Assembly (NCBI GenBank): GCA_029259175.1
Contig: JAPDJH010000002.1
Span: 96,001 to 160,000, forward strand
Origin: Hadesarchaea archaeon
GTDB lineage: Archaea; Hadarchaeota; Hadarchaeia; Hadarchaeales; Hadarchaeaceae
Length of the DNA stretch: 64,000 bases
Reading direction: 5' to 3'
This document shows, piece after piece, positions 47,035 to 58,430 of the stretch (position 1 is the stretch's first letter; the number at the start of each line of letters is the position of its first letter). Both the position numbers and the translations under genes were made by a program. The notes beneath the pieces were generated by a model. The model was not told where the DNA came from. It made no database searches and worked only from the letters and a program-made list of their open reading frames with translations.

Positions 47035-47204
47035 TGTCTCTCTTTAAGAGGGACTTTGTTACTATTTATGGATTTCTCTGGCTCTCGGGAGTTTCCTGCG
47101 GGTCGACCTCATCGAGAACGGACCTTGTTACCTCCAACACGGAGGTAGTCCGTTCCCTATACGTCTTCCCCGCATACAGCCGGGTTTAACGACCCCCTTC
47201 GTCG
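46343..47204 (-). mobile_element. Group I intron (862 nt) in 23S rRNA at the E. coli L1923-equivalent site
   Basis: 5' exon ends in U with P1 GACCCU/GGGGUC (U.G pair); terminal G; P3 CCCGGC/GCCGGG, P4 UGCGGG/CCCGCA, P7 GACCGUA/UACGGUC, R-like UCAGAGACCGUA, S-like GAUGAUACGGUCC, P8 and P9 hairpins. Confidence 0.92.
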
Positions 47205-49358
47205 AGGGTCAGAGTTACCCCCGCCCCTTGGCGGCGCTTCGGCCGGCTGAACCCGGCTTTCACGTACCGCCGGTGGGCAGGATTCAGCTCCCGTACTCAC
47301 CCTTTCGGGCTCGCGGGAACCTACGTTTTTATTAAACAGTCGGCCCCCCCTTGTCACTGCGACCTGCCTCTCGCGAGGCAGGCACCCCTTCTACCGAGGC
47401 TACGGGGCCAACTTGCCGAGTTCCCTAGCCCGGTGTATCCCGACACGCCTTAGGCTTCTCACCCAGGGGCACCTGTGTCGGTTCTAGGTACGGTCACCTG
47501 GGATCCCATTTCCCAGCTCCCTTTTCACGGGCCCTAGGGCTCAGCCGAACCCGCCTTTCGGCAGGCCATTCCCGCCTTCGTCCGGTTCTCTCCGTTACGG
47601 AACTCCCCGGACTTGAGCGGTTAGATGGGGCGACGACCCCACTCGGCCTACCCCGAGGCGTCGGGAGCTAGGCCTTGCGTTGCCGCAGGTACCCAGGTGG
47701 CTCCGGAATATTAACCGGATTCCCTTTTGGGTGCCTCTGGTTGAGGGCACCCTTAGGACCGGCTAACCCTAGGCTGACGACCATTGCCTAGGAACCCGGG
47801 CCCCTTCGGCGGCCGGGATTCTCACCCGGCTCTGCTGTTACTACCGCCAGGATTTTCATTCCGACGCGGTCCACCAGACCTCACGGCCTGGCTTCTCCCC
47901 ACGCCGGACGCCCCCCTACCGGATCGGCCTACTATACTTCGGCCGCCCCGGGGTCTCGGTGGCCGGCTTAGCCCCGAGTATCTTCGGGGCCCCCTCCCTC
48001 GGCGGGTCCGCTGTTACGCGTTGTTTAAAGGATGGCTGCTTCTAAGCCTACCTCCCCGCTGTCTGAGGGAGAGGACGCCCTTTCCGGTAACACTTAGCCG
48101 GCACTTGGGGACCTTAACCCCGGTCTGGGTTTTTCCCCTCTCGGAGCGGGAGCTTACCCCCCGCATCCCGTCTCCGGCGGTCTACGGTGCTGGCGGCTTC
48201 GGAGTTCGACAGGCGAGGCGAGGGTTTCCCCCCGTCACTCGCCAATCGGTGCTCTACACCGCCAGCGACCTCGCGCCGGGCCTGACTGCGGCCAGCTTCG
48301 GGGGGAACCAGCTATCACCGGGCTTGATGGGTCTTTCGCCACTAGCCCGGGGTCATCCGACCGGATTGTACACCAAGACCGGTTCGGCCCTCCACCGAGC
48401 GTACGCTCGGCTTCGGCCTACCCCGGACTAGATCGCCCGGTTTCGGGTCGCCATGCCGTGACTCCGGGCGCTCTTCACACCCGGCCCCTCGCCCTTTCGG
48501 GCTGCGGGCATCTCGCTTTCGCTCCGGCTCCGGGGATCCAACCCCCTTAGCCTCGCCACGGCAAGGCACTCCCTGGCCCGTGATTCCAGACGGACGGCAC
48601 GACCCCGATTGGCCTCCCTCGTACTACCGCCTCGCGGCGGGTTCCTTCGGGAGGTCTCATCTCTTTCGAGCCGTGCCCAACTGTCCCCACCTGGTTTCAG
48701 GCTCTTTTCACCCCCCTTCCGGGGTGCTTTTCAGCTTTCCCTCGCGGTACTGTGTTCGCTATCGGTCTCGGGACGTATTTAGGGTTGGAAGTTGATGCCT
48801 CCCAGCTTCGGACGGCATTTCTAAGCCGCCCTACTCAGGATACCTCTCCTCGTAGCCTGCCCAGTTACGCCTACGGGGCTTTCACCCTCTACGGCGCGGC
48901 GTTCCAGCCGACTTCGGCTTCCCGGGCGAGGCATTGGGAGAGGTCCTACAACCCCACATCCGCACTCGGTTTCCCGAGCGCGTTCGGTTTGCCCTGTGCC
49001 CCTTTCACTCGCCGTTACTCAGGGCATCGCGATTGCTTTCTTTTCCTCCCGGTACTCCGATGTTTCGTTTCCCGGGGTTCCCGCTCGCTGCCGCGAGCGC
49101 CGGGGTATTGCCCCGGCAGGAGGTCCCATTCGGCGATCCCGGGATCAAAGGCTGCATGCGCCTACCCCGGGCGTTTCGCCGCTTGCCGCGACCTTCCTCG
49201 GCGCCCGAGCCGAGCCATCCCCCAGGTGGGTTCCGGTGTTCTCCCACGAGCCGGCACCGGGAACACTGCCTTTGCACGGCGGTCATTTCGCAAATGAGCG
49301 CGATCCGCCTTCAGTACACGAGCTTTCGGGCTCGCGCACCTCATCCCAAGTGGATATG

Positions 49359-49431
49359 TGGACCCGGCGGGACTCGAACCCGCGACCTCCGGCTTGCAAA
49401 GCCGGCGCTCTACCAGCTGAGCTACAGGCCC
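49359..49431 (-). tRNA. tRNA-Ala (TGC) in the 16S-23S spacer
   Basis: GGGCCTGTAGCTCAGCTGGTAGAGCGCCGGCTTTGCAAGCCGGAGGTCGCGGGTTCGAGTCCCGCCGGGTCCA. Confidence 0.97.
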
Positions 49432-49465
49432 TTCGAGGGTCCGGTGCTCCAAGGAAAGGAAACTC

Positions 49466-50960
<1,495 letters not shown>

Positions 50961-51154
50961 TGGAAGACGACCGCAGCTTGCGTGGCGGGGTTTTTATAAC
51001 CTTGGAGCACCGGACCTATCTCGGACCCGAGCTCTCCAGGAGCCCTGGTTTGTTCGGGCCCACATATCTGGGTCCACACCAAGAGAGCAGTCTCTCATCG
51101 CTGGACAGTTTTTGTCCAAAGCTCGGACCGACGCCCTCACCGCGCGGTGTGGAC

Positions 51155-51192
51155 TGTATATCTTTTTGTTGGATGAGGGATTTAAAACTTAC
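51155..51192 (-). promoter_or_regulatory. Probable tandem BRE/TATA promoters of the rRNA operon
   Basis: Minus strand AAGTTTTAAATC and AAAAAGATATACAG upstream of the 16S leader. Confidence 0.5.
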
Positions 51193-51260
51193 TCTTGGTC
51201 TTCTCATAACATGGTTATACTATGCTGAGTGTTTTAAGGCACGACTTCTAAAGGAGAGTG

Positions 51261-51587
51261 ATGTCGAATCGCTATGTGTTTCTCTATGTCACGGCCGGAG
51301 GTGCAAGAGAGGCGCAGCGAATAGGCGAGCGGCTGGTTCAGGAGCGCCTAGCCGCTTGTGTCAACATCTTTCCGGTTCGCTCGGTTTACCGGTGGAAGAG
51401 GAAGATTGAGCGAGCCAGAGAGGTCGTGATGATAGTCAAGACCCGGAGATCTTTGGTAGAGCGGGTGAAGCGGAGAATTCTCGAACTCCATTCTTACGAG
51501 CTCCCGTGCATTGGGGTGTTCAATATAGATGCTGGGCTTAAAGAGTTTCTGAGGTGGATCGATGAGTCTACCGGAACGCGTCACTAG
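51261..51587 (+). CDS. cutA: Divalent-cation tolerance protein CutA
   Basis: LVQERLAACVN, SVYRW, KT, HSYELPCI. Confidence 0.93.
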   Translation: MSNRYVFLYVTAGGAREAQRIGERLVQERLAACVNIFPVRSVYRWKRKIERAREVVMIVKTRRSLVERVKRRILELHSYELPCIGVFNIDAGLKEFLRWIDESTGTRH

Positions 51588-51792
51588 GGAAACTAAGCTT
51601 GCTGAGGTCATGGAGATTCCGGGCGCTATGGAAGTGCTATCCAAGCATCGCCTTCCCTGTCTTTTCTGTCCAATGGCCAGTCTCGAGATGTCCGAGCTGG
51701 AGATCGGTCGGGTTGCGGAGATGTACGGCATAGACGCCGATGCTCTGCTGCAGGAACTAAATGAAAAGCTTGCGGAAGCCAAGGGGGAATGA
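51562..51792 (+). CDS. DUF1858-domain protein
   Basis: EVLSKHRLPCLFCPMA.LE...AEMYGIDADALLQELN. Confidence 0.8.
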   Translation: MSLPERVTRETKLAEVMEIPGAMEVLSKHRLPCLFCPMASLEMSELEIGRVAEMYGIDADALLQELNEKLAEAKGE

Positions 51793-51796
51793 GGGA

Positions 51797-52081
51797 ATGG
51801 TAATCGTAAAGTTTTTTGCGAGCTTTAGGGAGCTTACGGGTGAGCCCAAAACGACTGTGGAAGGTGTGCGAACGGTTGGAGAGTTGCTGGATCACTTGTC
51901 CGCAAAATATGGGCAGAAGTTTGTTCAAAGTGTTTTTGAAGATCCCGAAAGCAGGAGGCTGAGGTCCACCGTGAACATCTTGGTAAACGGGCGATCGATA
52001 GTGCTCATGGAGGGGCTAGAGACCAAGCTCTCGGATTCGGACTCGGTGGCCATCTTCCCTCCCATCTCCGGTGGCGAGTGA
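51797..52081 (+). CDS. moaD: MoaD/SAMP ubiquitin-like sulfur carrier
   Basis: VKFFASFRE, ILVNGR, VAIFPPISGG followed by an extra E. Confidence 0.9.
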   Translation: MVIVKFFASFRELTGEPKTTVEGVRTVGELLDHLSAKYGQKFVQSVFEDPESRRLRSTVNILVNGRSIVLMEGLETKLSDSDSVAIFPPISGGE

Positions 52082-52509
52082 CGATTATGGCAGTGGGTCG
52101 TGTTCACAAAAAGGGTGAAGTGGATCTCTGCAAGCTTATGGAGGAAATAAGGCAAAACTTGGGGACTGAGGTGGGTGCCCTTGGATGTTTTGTGGGGATA
52201 GTTCGGGGCACGGCCAAAAGCGGCGAGAGGGTTGATTTGCTCCACTACGAAGCTGCTGAAGAAGCGGCGACGGTGCTCACCGAAATTGCGAAGGAGGTAC
52301 AGGAGCGCTTTGGATTGGAGGAGCTTCAAATCCACCACATCATCGATGATCTAAAACCAGGTGAGGATGCGATTTATGTCGTCGCCTGTGGAAAGCATCG
52401 GAAGGAAGTCTTCCAGGCGCTAGTTGAGGCGATGGAGCTGGTGAAGTCAAAAGCTCCTGTGTGGAAGAAAGAAATCACTCCCTCGGGTGGATACTGGGTG
52501 GAAGGATAG
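52078..52509 (+). CDS. moaE: Molybdopterin synthase catalytic subunit MoaE
   Basis: GA...FVGIVR, LHYE, HR, KSKAPVWKKE. Confidence 0.93.
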   Translation: MTIMAVGRVHKKGEVDLCKLMEEIRQNLGTEVGALGCFVGIVRGTAKSGERVDLLHYEAAEEAATVLTEIAKEVQERFGLEELQIHHIIDDLKPGEDAIYVVACGKHRKEVFQALVEAMELVKSKAPVWKKEITPSGGYWVEG

Positions 52510-52518
52510 GGTGTTCCA

Positions 52519-53085
52519 ATGGTTCGTGCGTTCATCGCCATTCCAATCAACGAAGCCACTAGAGGTGAACTCGTAAGTGTTCAGTCAGAACTCCCCCGCA
52601 CCGCAGGAAAAATGAAACTTGTCGAGCCACAAAATCTTCACCTCACGCTGAAATTTTTGGGCGAGGTTGAGGAGGAAAAAATTCCGGAGATTCACTCTGC
52701 AGTGTCTAGAACCCTCGAGGGGATGGAGGCCTTCACAATGAGAGTTGCTGGGATAGGGGCTTTTCCAAGTCCTCGCAACATCAGGGTGATCTGGGCCGGG
52801 GTGCGAGAAGGAGAAGCCCAAGTCAGGGCGGTTCAGCGCAGAATCGACGCTGCTCTGGTGGCGCTCGGTTTCTCTCCGGAGCGCAACTTCTACCCCCACG
52901 TGACCATAGCGAGAGTGAAATTTGTGCATAATCGAAGCGAACTTGCATCCTTTATCGACCTCAACCGGAACCGGGAATTCGGTGAAGTCCAAGTGACTCG
53001 AATCGAACTCATGCGGAGCACGCTCACTCCGCAAGGCCCGATCTATTCGAAGCTTGCGGAGGTCGAACTGAAATCAACGCTCTAG
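52519..53085 (+). CDS. thpR: RNA 2',3'-cyclic phosphodiesterase / 2'-5' RNA ligase (2H family)
   Basis: RAFIAI, HLTLKFLG, PHVTIAR, STLTPQGPIY. Confidence 0.93.
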   Translation: MVRAFIAIPINEATRGELVSVQSELPRTAGKMKLVEPQNLHLTLKFLGEVEEEKIPEIHSAVSRTLEGMEAFTMRVAGIGAFPSPRNIRVIWAGVREGEAQVRAVQRRIDAALVALGFSPERNFYPHVTIARVKFVHNRSELASFIDLNRNREFGEVQVTRIELMRSTLTPQGPIYSKLAEVELKSTL

Positions 53086-53095
53086 CTGTTTGCTT

Positions 53096-53866
53096 TCAAG
53101 CAGGTGATACCGCCGAAAGCTGCCGCCACGAAGCCGGAGCGTTACCCTGCCCGGTAGACGGATTGTAATAATACACGTCGTTGAAATATGCCCACACCTC
53201 CAGACCGGGATATTTGTGTTTGCGGAAATAACCGTACGGATAACCTGGGCTGTCATACAGCTTACCTTCTTCATCGTCCCAGTACGGCCCAGATGTGGCT
53301 TCTAACTGAAGCCATTTGGTTCCATCCATTATTTCAACCCATGCGTGTCCGCCTATCTGTCCGCTGAAGTTCACCTCTCCAACTACCACGCGCACATCCG
53401 TAGCGGGGATGCCCATGCTTCGGAGGATGGAGACTAGCGTATAGGCTTGGGATTCGCAGTCGCTCACGACCTTGCCCGGCACGGGATTCGTTGGGTAGTT
53501 CGGCGTTTGGGTGAGAAACTCATGGGGTGTCAGCCATTTTTCTTGCACGCCGTGTAAAGTCTGATCAGAAACCCACACCCATTGGACGGCGACTTGGTAT
53601 GCCTCCTGTGGGCTGGAAAGAGTGGATGCAATACTCTGAACGGCGGGATCAGCTGGAGTAACATATTGCTGGTAGCCGGAGAGCTGTTTGAAGTTTTCTT
53701 TTCTCAGCACCAATGGGCCTCTTCTCAGTATCCGCGGGAGGAACTTCTTTCTGATTTGTAAAATTTGTTGATTCTCCCCTTCGAACGGCCAGATATCCCA
53801 CACATAAAGGTTCACCAGGATAAGCACCACCACCAAGGAGGCTCCGGCGACTATTTGCCACTTCAT
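53096..53866 (-). CDS. Membrane-anchored transglutaminase-like cysteine protease domain protein
   Basis: N-terminal TM helix, SDCES (Cys), GHAWVE (His), LEAT. Confidence 0.8.
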   Translation of the reverse strand: MKWQIVAGASLVVVLILVNLYVWDIWPFEGENQQILQIRKKFLPRILRRGPLVLRKENFKQLSGYQQYVTPADPAVQSIASTLSSPQEAYQVAVQWVWVSDQTLHGVQEKWLTPHEFLTQTPNYPTNPVPGKVVSDCESQAYTLVSILRSMGIPATDVRVVVGEVNFSGQIGGHAWVEIMDGTKWLQLEATSGPYWDDEEGKLYDSPGYPYGYFRKHKYPGLEVWAYFNDVYYYNPSTGQGNAPASWRQLSAVSPA

Positions 53867-53971
53867 ACATTACCATCCTCTTTGAGTTTTCAACCATTTT
53901 AACTGTGCTAGAGCTGTGAGGAGACCTTTCTCAACCGAAAGTGATTTACCTTGGCCCGGTAGAGTATTATC

Positions 53972-54036
53972 GCCCCGATGATGTCACGACATCGGCTGAG
54001 CGTACCGATGATTAGATGATGGGCGGACTGAGGGGC
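53972..54036 (+). ncRNA. Box C/D methylation-guide sRNA
   Basis: GCCCC/GGGGC terminal stem, C box ATGATGT, D' CTGA, C' ATGATTA, D CTGA; both guides have 9-nt complementarity to the 23S in this window. Confidence 0.75.
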
Positions 54037-54060
54037 TCCTCAAAAACCGTTGTTCTTGAT

Positions 54061-54438
54061 TTAGATCCCATACGTTACGGTTCGAGCCCCGTAGGCGCAG
54101 TACTTCAACTGTTTGCAGCTCCTGCACAGCCGGTAGAGTTCGTCGTACTTCCCAGCCTTCGCCAGCTGGAGCGCTTGCTCGCACGCATCCGTTCTGTACT
54201 GTTTGGCCAGTCCAAAAGCTATGAGAGTGAGCGTTTTGGATATCCCCGGGATCGTGTGTATTTTCTGCGGGATCACCCGCACGAGCTTGTCGAAGCTATC
54301 GGTTTCCACTTTAGCCACTACGGAGTACGGTCCTGCTACAGAGTAGGCCTCGGTTACTTCTTCCACGTCCAACAACCGTTGAAGCACATCCTCCACTTGA
54401 CCGATTTCGGCAGATACCAGAACTATGGCAACAGGCAT
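54061..54438 (-). CDS. Lrp/AsnC RAM-domain protein with a C-terminal Cys-rich extension
   Basis: AYSVAGPYSVVAKV, IHTIPGISKTLT; tail C..LCRSCKQLKYC. Confidence 0.8.
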   Translation of the reverse strand: MPVAIVLVSAEIGQVEDVLQRLLDVEEVTEAYSVAGPYSVVAKVETDSFDKLVRVIPQKIHTIPGISKTLTLIAFGLAKQYRTDACEQALQLAKAGKYDELYRLCRSCKQLKYCAYGARTVTYGI

Positions 54439-54447
54439 TTGGTCCCC

Positions 54448-54678
54448 TCACTCGAACGCGAACAGCGTGAGCGTGTTGGCAATCCCCTGCAACCCGTGGA
54501 TACGTTTAGTCACTACCTCCGCCACTTGTTCGAATCGCTCTGCCTGTACTTTCACCACTACATCGTAGGGTCCAGCAACCGAGTACGCTTCGGCTACTCC
54601 TTCGATCTCACGCAGTGCCTTTAGGAGTTCACCGATCCTTCCCACCTGCGCCTCGATCAGCACGTACGCAATCGGCAT
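54448..54678 (-). CDS. Stand-alone Lrp/AsnC RAM-domain protein
   Basis: AYVLI, AYSVAGPYDVVVKV, IHGLQGIANTLT; start trimmed to ATG 54678. Confidence 0.88.
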   Translation of the reverse strand: MPIAYVLIEAQVGRIGELLKALREIEGVAEAYSVAGPYDVVVKVQAERFEQVAEVVTKRIHGLQGIANTLTLFAFE

Positions 54679-56048
54679 CAGCTCCCACCTCCTGACTTCG
54701 GAAGCCGTTTTAGGGCCTCCTCGATCATTTTCTCTGGGAGTTCGTAGTCTATTAGTTTTTTCCTCAGAAAAGCATCCCACGCAGCTAGGTCAAGCAGTCC
54801 GTGACCGCTATTGTTGAACAGGATAACCTTTTCCTCCCCTGTTTGCTTGCACCTCAGTGCCTCGTCTACCACTGCCTTGATCGCGTGAGCCGTTTCCGGC
54901 GCGACAACAAAACCTTCTGCGCGCGCGAAGAGCCTGGCTGCTTCGAACACTTCGTTCTGGTGATACGCAACTGCCTCCATGTAACCCTCTTTCGTGAGCT
55001 TGCACAGGAGTGGCGCGTCACCGTGATAGCGCAGCCCTCCGGCGTGGATGGGCGGCGGAACAAAGGTGTGTCCCAGCGTGTACATCTTCAGGAGAGGAGT
55101 CAATCCTGCTGCGTCTCCGTGGTCGTATGTATAAGGGCCGCGAGTCAGGGTGGGACACGCTTTCGGTTCGCACGAGACAGCCCGGAGTTCTGGCCTTTTT
55201 CCCGTGAGCTTGTCAGCCAGAAATGGAAAGCACAGACCTGCGAAGTTGCTTCCCCCTCCCACGCAACCGAAGATTACATCAGGGTACTCGTCCACCTGTT
55301 CCAGCTGTTTTTTGGCCTCCAGCCCCACGACCGTCTGATGCAGCAGCACATGGTTCAGCACGCTTCCAAGCGAGTACTTCGTGTCCTCATGTGTCGCTGC
55401 ATCCTCGATGGCTTCCGAAATCGCAATCCCCAGACTGCCCGGACAGTTGGGATCCTCTTGCAACACTCGGCGTCCGTAGTTGGTGCGATCACTCGGACTC
55501 GGCAGGCATTCCGCTCCCCACGTTTCCATCAAGATTCGGCGGTAGGGCTTCTGCTCGTAGCTGACTTTGACCATGTACACGGTGCACTTCAGGTCAAACA
55601 GCATGGTCGCGAACGCCAGCGAACTGCCCCACTGTCCTGCACCCGTTTCCGTGGTGAGCCGCTGCACCCCCTCCCGCATGTTGTAGTATGCTTGGGCAAC
55701 AGCAGTATTTGGCTTGTGACTTCCAGGCGGACTCACTCCCTCCCACTTGAAATAGATCCGCGCAGGGGTTTTGAGAGCGCGCTCTAGGCGCACGGCACGG
55801 TAGAGAGGAGTAGGCCTCCACAATCGATAAACCTCTCTCACTTCTTCTGGGATGGGGATCCAGCGCTCTTGGCTGACTTCCTGCTTGATGAGCTCCATCG
55901 GAAAAATCGGAGCAAGCGCGTCCGGGCCTATAGGTTCTCCCGTTTGGGGATTGAGCGGGGGGTCAAGTGGGCTCGGAAGATCCGCTTGGATGTTGTACCA
56001 AGCCTTGGGGATTTCATCCTCCGGCAAGAGGATTTTTGTTTGCTCCAT
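54678..56048 (-). CDS. trpB2: Tryptophan synthase beta chain 2 (TrpB2)
   Basis: [15 protein letters not shown] (PLP Lys), [29 protein letters not shown]; start trimmed to ATG 56048. Confidence 0.95.
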   Translation of the reverse strand: MEQTKILLPEDEIPKAWYNIQADLPSPLDPPLNPQTGEPIGPDALAPIFPMELIKQEVSQERWIPIPEEVREVYRLWRPTPLYRAVRLERALKTPARIYFKWEGVSPPGSHKPNTAVAQAYYNMREGVQRLTTETGAGQWGSSLAFATMLFDLKCTVYMVKVSYEQKPYRRILMETWGAECLPSPSDRTNYGRRVLQEDPNCPGSLGIAISEAIEDAATHEDTKYSLGSVLNHVLLHQTVVGLEAKKQLEQVDEYPDVIFGCVGGGSNFAGLCFPFLADKLTGKRPELRAVSCEPKACPTLTRGPYTYDHGDAAGLTPLLKMYTLGHTFVPPPIHAGGLRYHGDAPLLCKLTKEGYMEAVAYHQNEVFEAARLFARAEGFVVAPETAHAIKAVVDEALRCKQTGEEKVILFNNSGHGLLDLAAWDAFLRKKLIDYELPEKMIEEALKRLPKSGGGS

Positions 56049-56111
56049 CTGCCCACTCCTTTCTACCAGTCTATATAAGGTTTTGCGAAAAATGTCCATC
56101 AGTGAACAAGA

Positions 56112-56738
56112 ATGCTGAATGCGCTCGTGCAGCTCCCCATCGGGTTCGTGGTGGCTCTTTCCGGCGCACTCATCCCGGGCCCGCTTTTCACTTATATTGT
56201 AGCCAAGTCGCCTAGAGAGGGAGGGCTGGTGGGAGCTCGCGCGGTCGTTGGTCATGCTCTGGTTGAGGCCGTCATTCTCGTGCTCATCCTGGTCGGAGTC
56301 GGAACGATTCTCCAGCATGCGTTCATCCAGCGAGCAATTGGAATAATCGGCGGTGTTCTGCTTGTAGTACTCGGCGCGCTCAGCATCGCGCGGATGAGTT
56401 TTCAGTCAAGCACTCGCGGAATTTTTGTGAGCTATCATCCAATCGTAGGTGGAGCCATGTACAGCAGCGTGCTGAACCCTACAGTACCGTTGTGGTGGGC
56501 CACCATTGGGCTGGCGATGCTCGTGGAGGCCTACGCGGTAGGTGCAGCGCTCGGGGTGGTGTGCTGGCTCGTTGGCCACTACTTGGCGGATTTCGGCTGG
56601 TTCTCGCTAGTCTCCTTTTCGGCTGCCAAAGGAGGACGCGTGCTGAGCGAGCGCGGATATCGTCGACTCCTTTTAGGATGTGCTGTTTTTCTCATGGTTT
56701 TTGGTTTCTACCTGTTTGTCAAATATGCGTGGCTTTAA
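56112..56738 (+). CDS. LysE-family translocator
   Basis: [16 protein letters not shown]....WW, multiple TM helices. Confidence 0.88.
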   Translation: MLNALVQLPIGFVVALSGALIPGPLFTYIVAKSPREGGLVGARAVVGHALVEAVILVLILVGVGTILQHAFIQRAIGIIGGVLLVVLGALSIARMSFQSSTRGIFVSYHPIVGGAMYSSVLNPTVPLWWATIGLAMLVEAYAVGAALGVVCWLVGHYLADFGWFSLVSFSAAKGGRVLSERGYRRLLLGCAVFLMVFGFYLFVKYAWL

Positions 56739-57347
56739 AGAAGTGAGAAACTCGTAAGTCGCGGTGCCCATTCCCTCTGCCAGAACGCGGGCGATGTCGC
56801 TTGGTTCGTCCAAGTCGAACTCGACGTGTGGCGATCGGTATACCTTGAGATCGACACCAGCCCGCAGTGCTTTTTCACAGTGGACTGGAAAGCTTTCTCC
56901 TCCAAAACACAACGGGATGACGTCTGCGGGTCTGAGTAGAAGCGCATTTGTTCCGCTGGTTTTCGATGGCGCGATCACCACAGAGCGCGTGGTCGAGAGC
57001 TGAATGATGTGTTCAACATCAGGGCTCCGAAGCAAGGGGAGATCAGCTGGTATTATGAGCACGCTGGAAGGCTTCAACTGTTCGATTCCCCACCGCAAAG
57101 CGTCGTTCAGTTCTAGGCCCGGCTCGCGCAATCCTTTCGCCCCCATCGAGCGAGCGTGTTTCAGAACCGCCAGATCTGCAGACACCACATAGGGCTCCGC
57201 CAGCTCGCATCCGCACACAGCTCTTAGAACGTCGGTGAGCATTGCGAGCGTGAGCCCCTTCCGCTCTGTTGGGGAGAGCACGGAAGAGAACGAGGATTTC
57301 GCCAAGTTCAATGGCTTCACGGGGATAAGGACCGGCACCGTGCTCAT
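56673..57347 (-). CDS. cofC: 2-phospho-L-lactate/PEP guanylyltransferase CofC
   Basis: IPVK..AKS, ER..L..AMLTDV, ADLP, GTNAL, FGGESF, DLDEPSD. Confidence 0.92.
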   Translation of the reverse strand: MSTVPVLIPVKPLNLAKSSFSSVLSPTERKGLTLAMLTDVLRAVCGCELAEPYVVSADLAVLKHARSMGAKGLREPGLELNDALRWGIEQLKPSSVLIIPADLPLLRSPDVEHIIQLSTTRSVVIAPSKTSGTNALLLRPADVIPLCFGGESFPVHCEKALRAGVDLKVYRSPHVEFDLDEPSDIARVLAEGMGTATYEFLTSLKPRIFDKQVETKNHEKNSTS

Positions 57348-57416
57348 GAAATCCTAATGAGTATTGCACGTTAACCTCTTTTGAATGTGTGTGGAATAAG
57401 TGGTTGAGGCCGCAAG

Positions 57417-58430
57417 ATGAGGCACGAAGATATCGTTACTTATTCCCGCAACGTTTTCCTCCCCGTCAGCAACATCTGCCGAAACCGCTGCGCCTACTGT
57501 GGCTTCCGCGGTCGGCCGAACAATGGCGGCTGGCTGCTCACCACGTCAGAAGTGTTGAGCATGGCATGGGTCGGCAAATTGTGCGGCTGTACCGAGGCTC
57601 TGATAACCACCGGGGAGAGACCTGATTTCTTCTTATCGGTTAAGGAAAGGCTGCGCGAGTGGGGCTTCCGAGACTTCACTCACTACGTTGAGCACCTCTG
57701 CAAATCACTTCTGAGGCTGGACATGCTTCCTCATGTGAATCTTGGAGTCCTAAGCAAGCACGAGCTGCGCAGACTGAAGCGTTGGTGCGCCAGCATGGGG
57801 CTCATGCTCGAGTGCGCCACTCCCTTGCCAGCACATGCACATAGTCCTGGAAAGACTCCTGCGTTCAGGCTGGCAACAATCGAGGCGGCTGGAGAACTGA
57901 GGATTCCTTTCACCACCGGGATTCTTGTGGGTGTTGGCGAATCTGAAAGAGATCGCATGTTCTCCCTGCATCTCATCAGAGAACTCCACGACCGATATGG
58001 GCATATCCAAGAGGTGATAGTCCAGCCATTTGAGCCAAAACCAAATACGCCAATGCATGCCTGGAAACCACCTGCTTGGCGGACCGTGCTCCGAACCGTG
58101 CGGGCAGCGGCACGCATTTTGCCGGAAGTTCCCATCCAGTTCCCGCCTAATCTATTGCATCTCTACGGATTCTTCGAGAGACGGGTGAGAGAACTCCTGC
58201 GTGCAGGGGTGCGCGACTTCGGCGGAATTTCTCCTATTACTCCTGATTTTGTGAATCCCAGAGCCCCGTGGCCGAGCGCGGAGCAGCTCCGTGCCGCTAT
58301 CCTGCGCGCGGGGTTCCAGCCACGTGAGAGACTTCCAGTTTATCCCTGTTACGTGGAGCGGCGGTGGATGTCCGCGGAGGTGAAGCGTATTGTGGACCGA
58401 ATATCAGACGAGGCTGGATATCGAAACTAG
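57417..58430 (+). CDS. cofG: FO synthase subunit CofG
   Basis: TYSRNVF, CRNRCAYC, LPHVNLG, SMGLMLE, PFTTGILVG, GHIQEVIVQ, QFPPNL, DFGGISP. Confidence 0.95.
   Translation: MRHEDIVTYSRNVFLPVSNICRNRCAYCGFRGRPNNGGWLLTTSEVLSMAWVGKLCGCTEALITTGERPDFFLSVKERLREWGFRDFTHYVEHLCKSLLRLDMLPHVNLGVLSKHELRRLKRWCASMGLMLECATPLPAHAHSPGKTPAFRLATIEAAGELRIPFTTGILVGVGESERDRMFSLHLIRELHDRYGHIQEVIVQPFEPKPNTPMHAWKPPAWRTVLRTVRAAARILPEVPIQFPPNLLHLYGFFERRVRELLRAGVRDFGGISPITPDFVNPRAPWPSAEQLRAAILRAGFQPRERLPVYPCYVERRWMSAEVKRIVDRISDEAGYRN

Noticed and set aside
46343-47204. Interpreting the 23S insertion as a classical archaeal BHB intron
   Set aside because: The boundaries do not form a bulge-helix-bulge, whereas group I hallmarks (P1 U.G, terminal G, P3/P4/P7) are present
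54801-55787. 328-aa ORF antisense to trpB2 (similar cases opposite glnA at 59595-60290 and the Lrp genes at 54016-54624)
   Set aside because: Shadow ORFs of well-conserved genes, with no recognisable motifs
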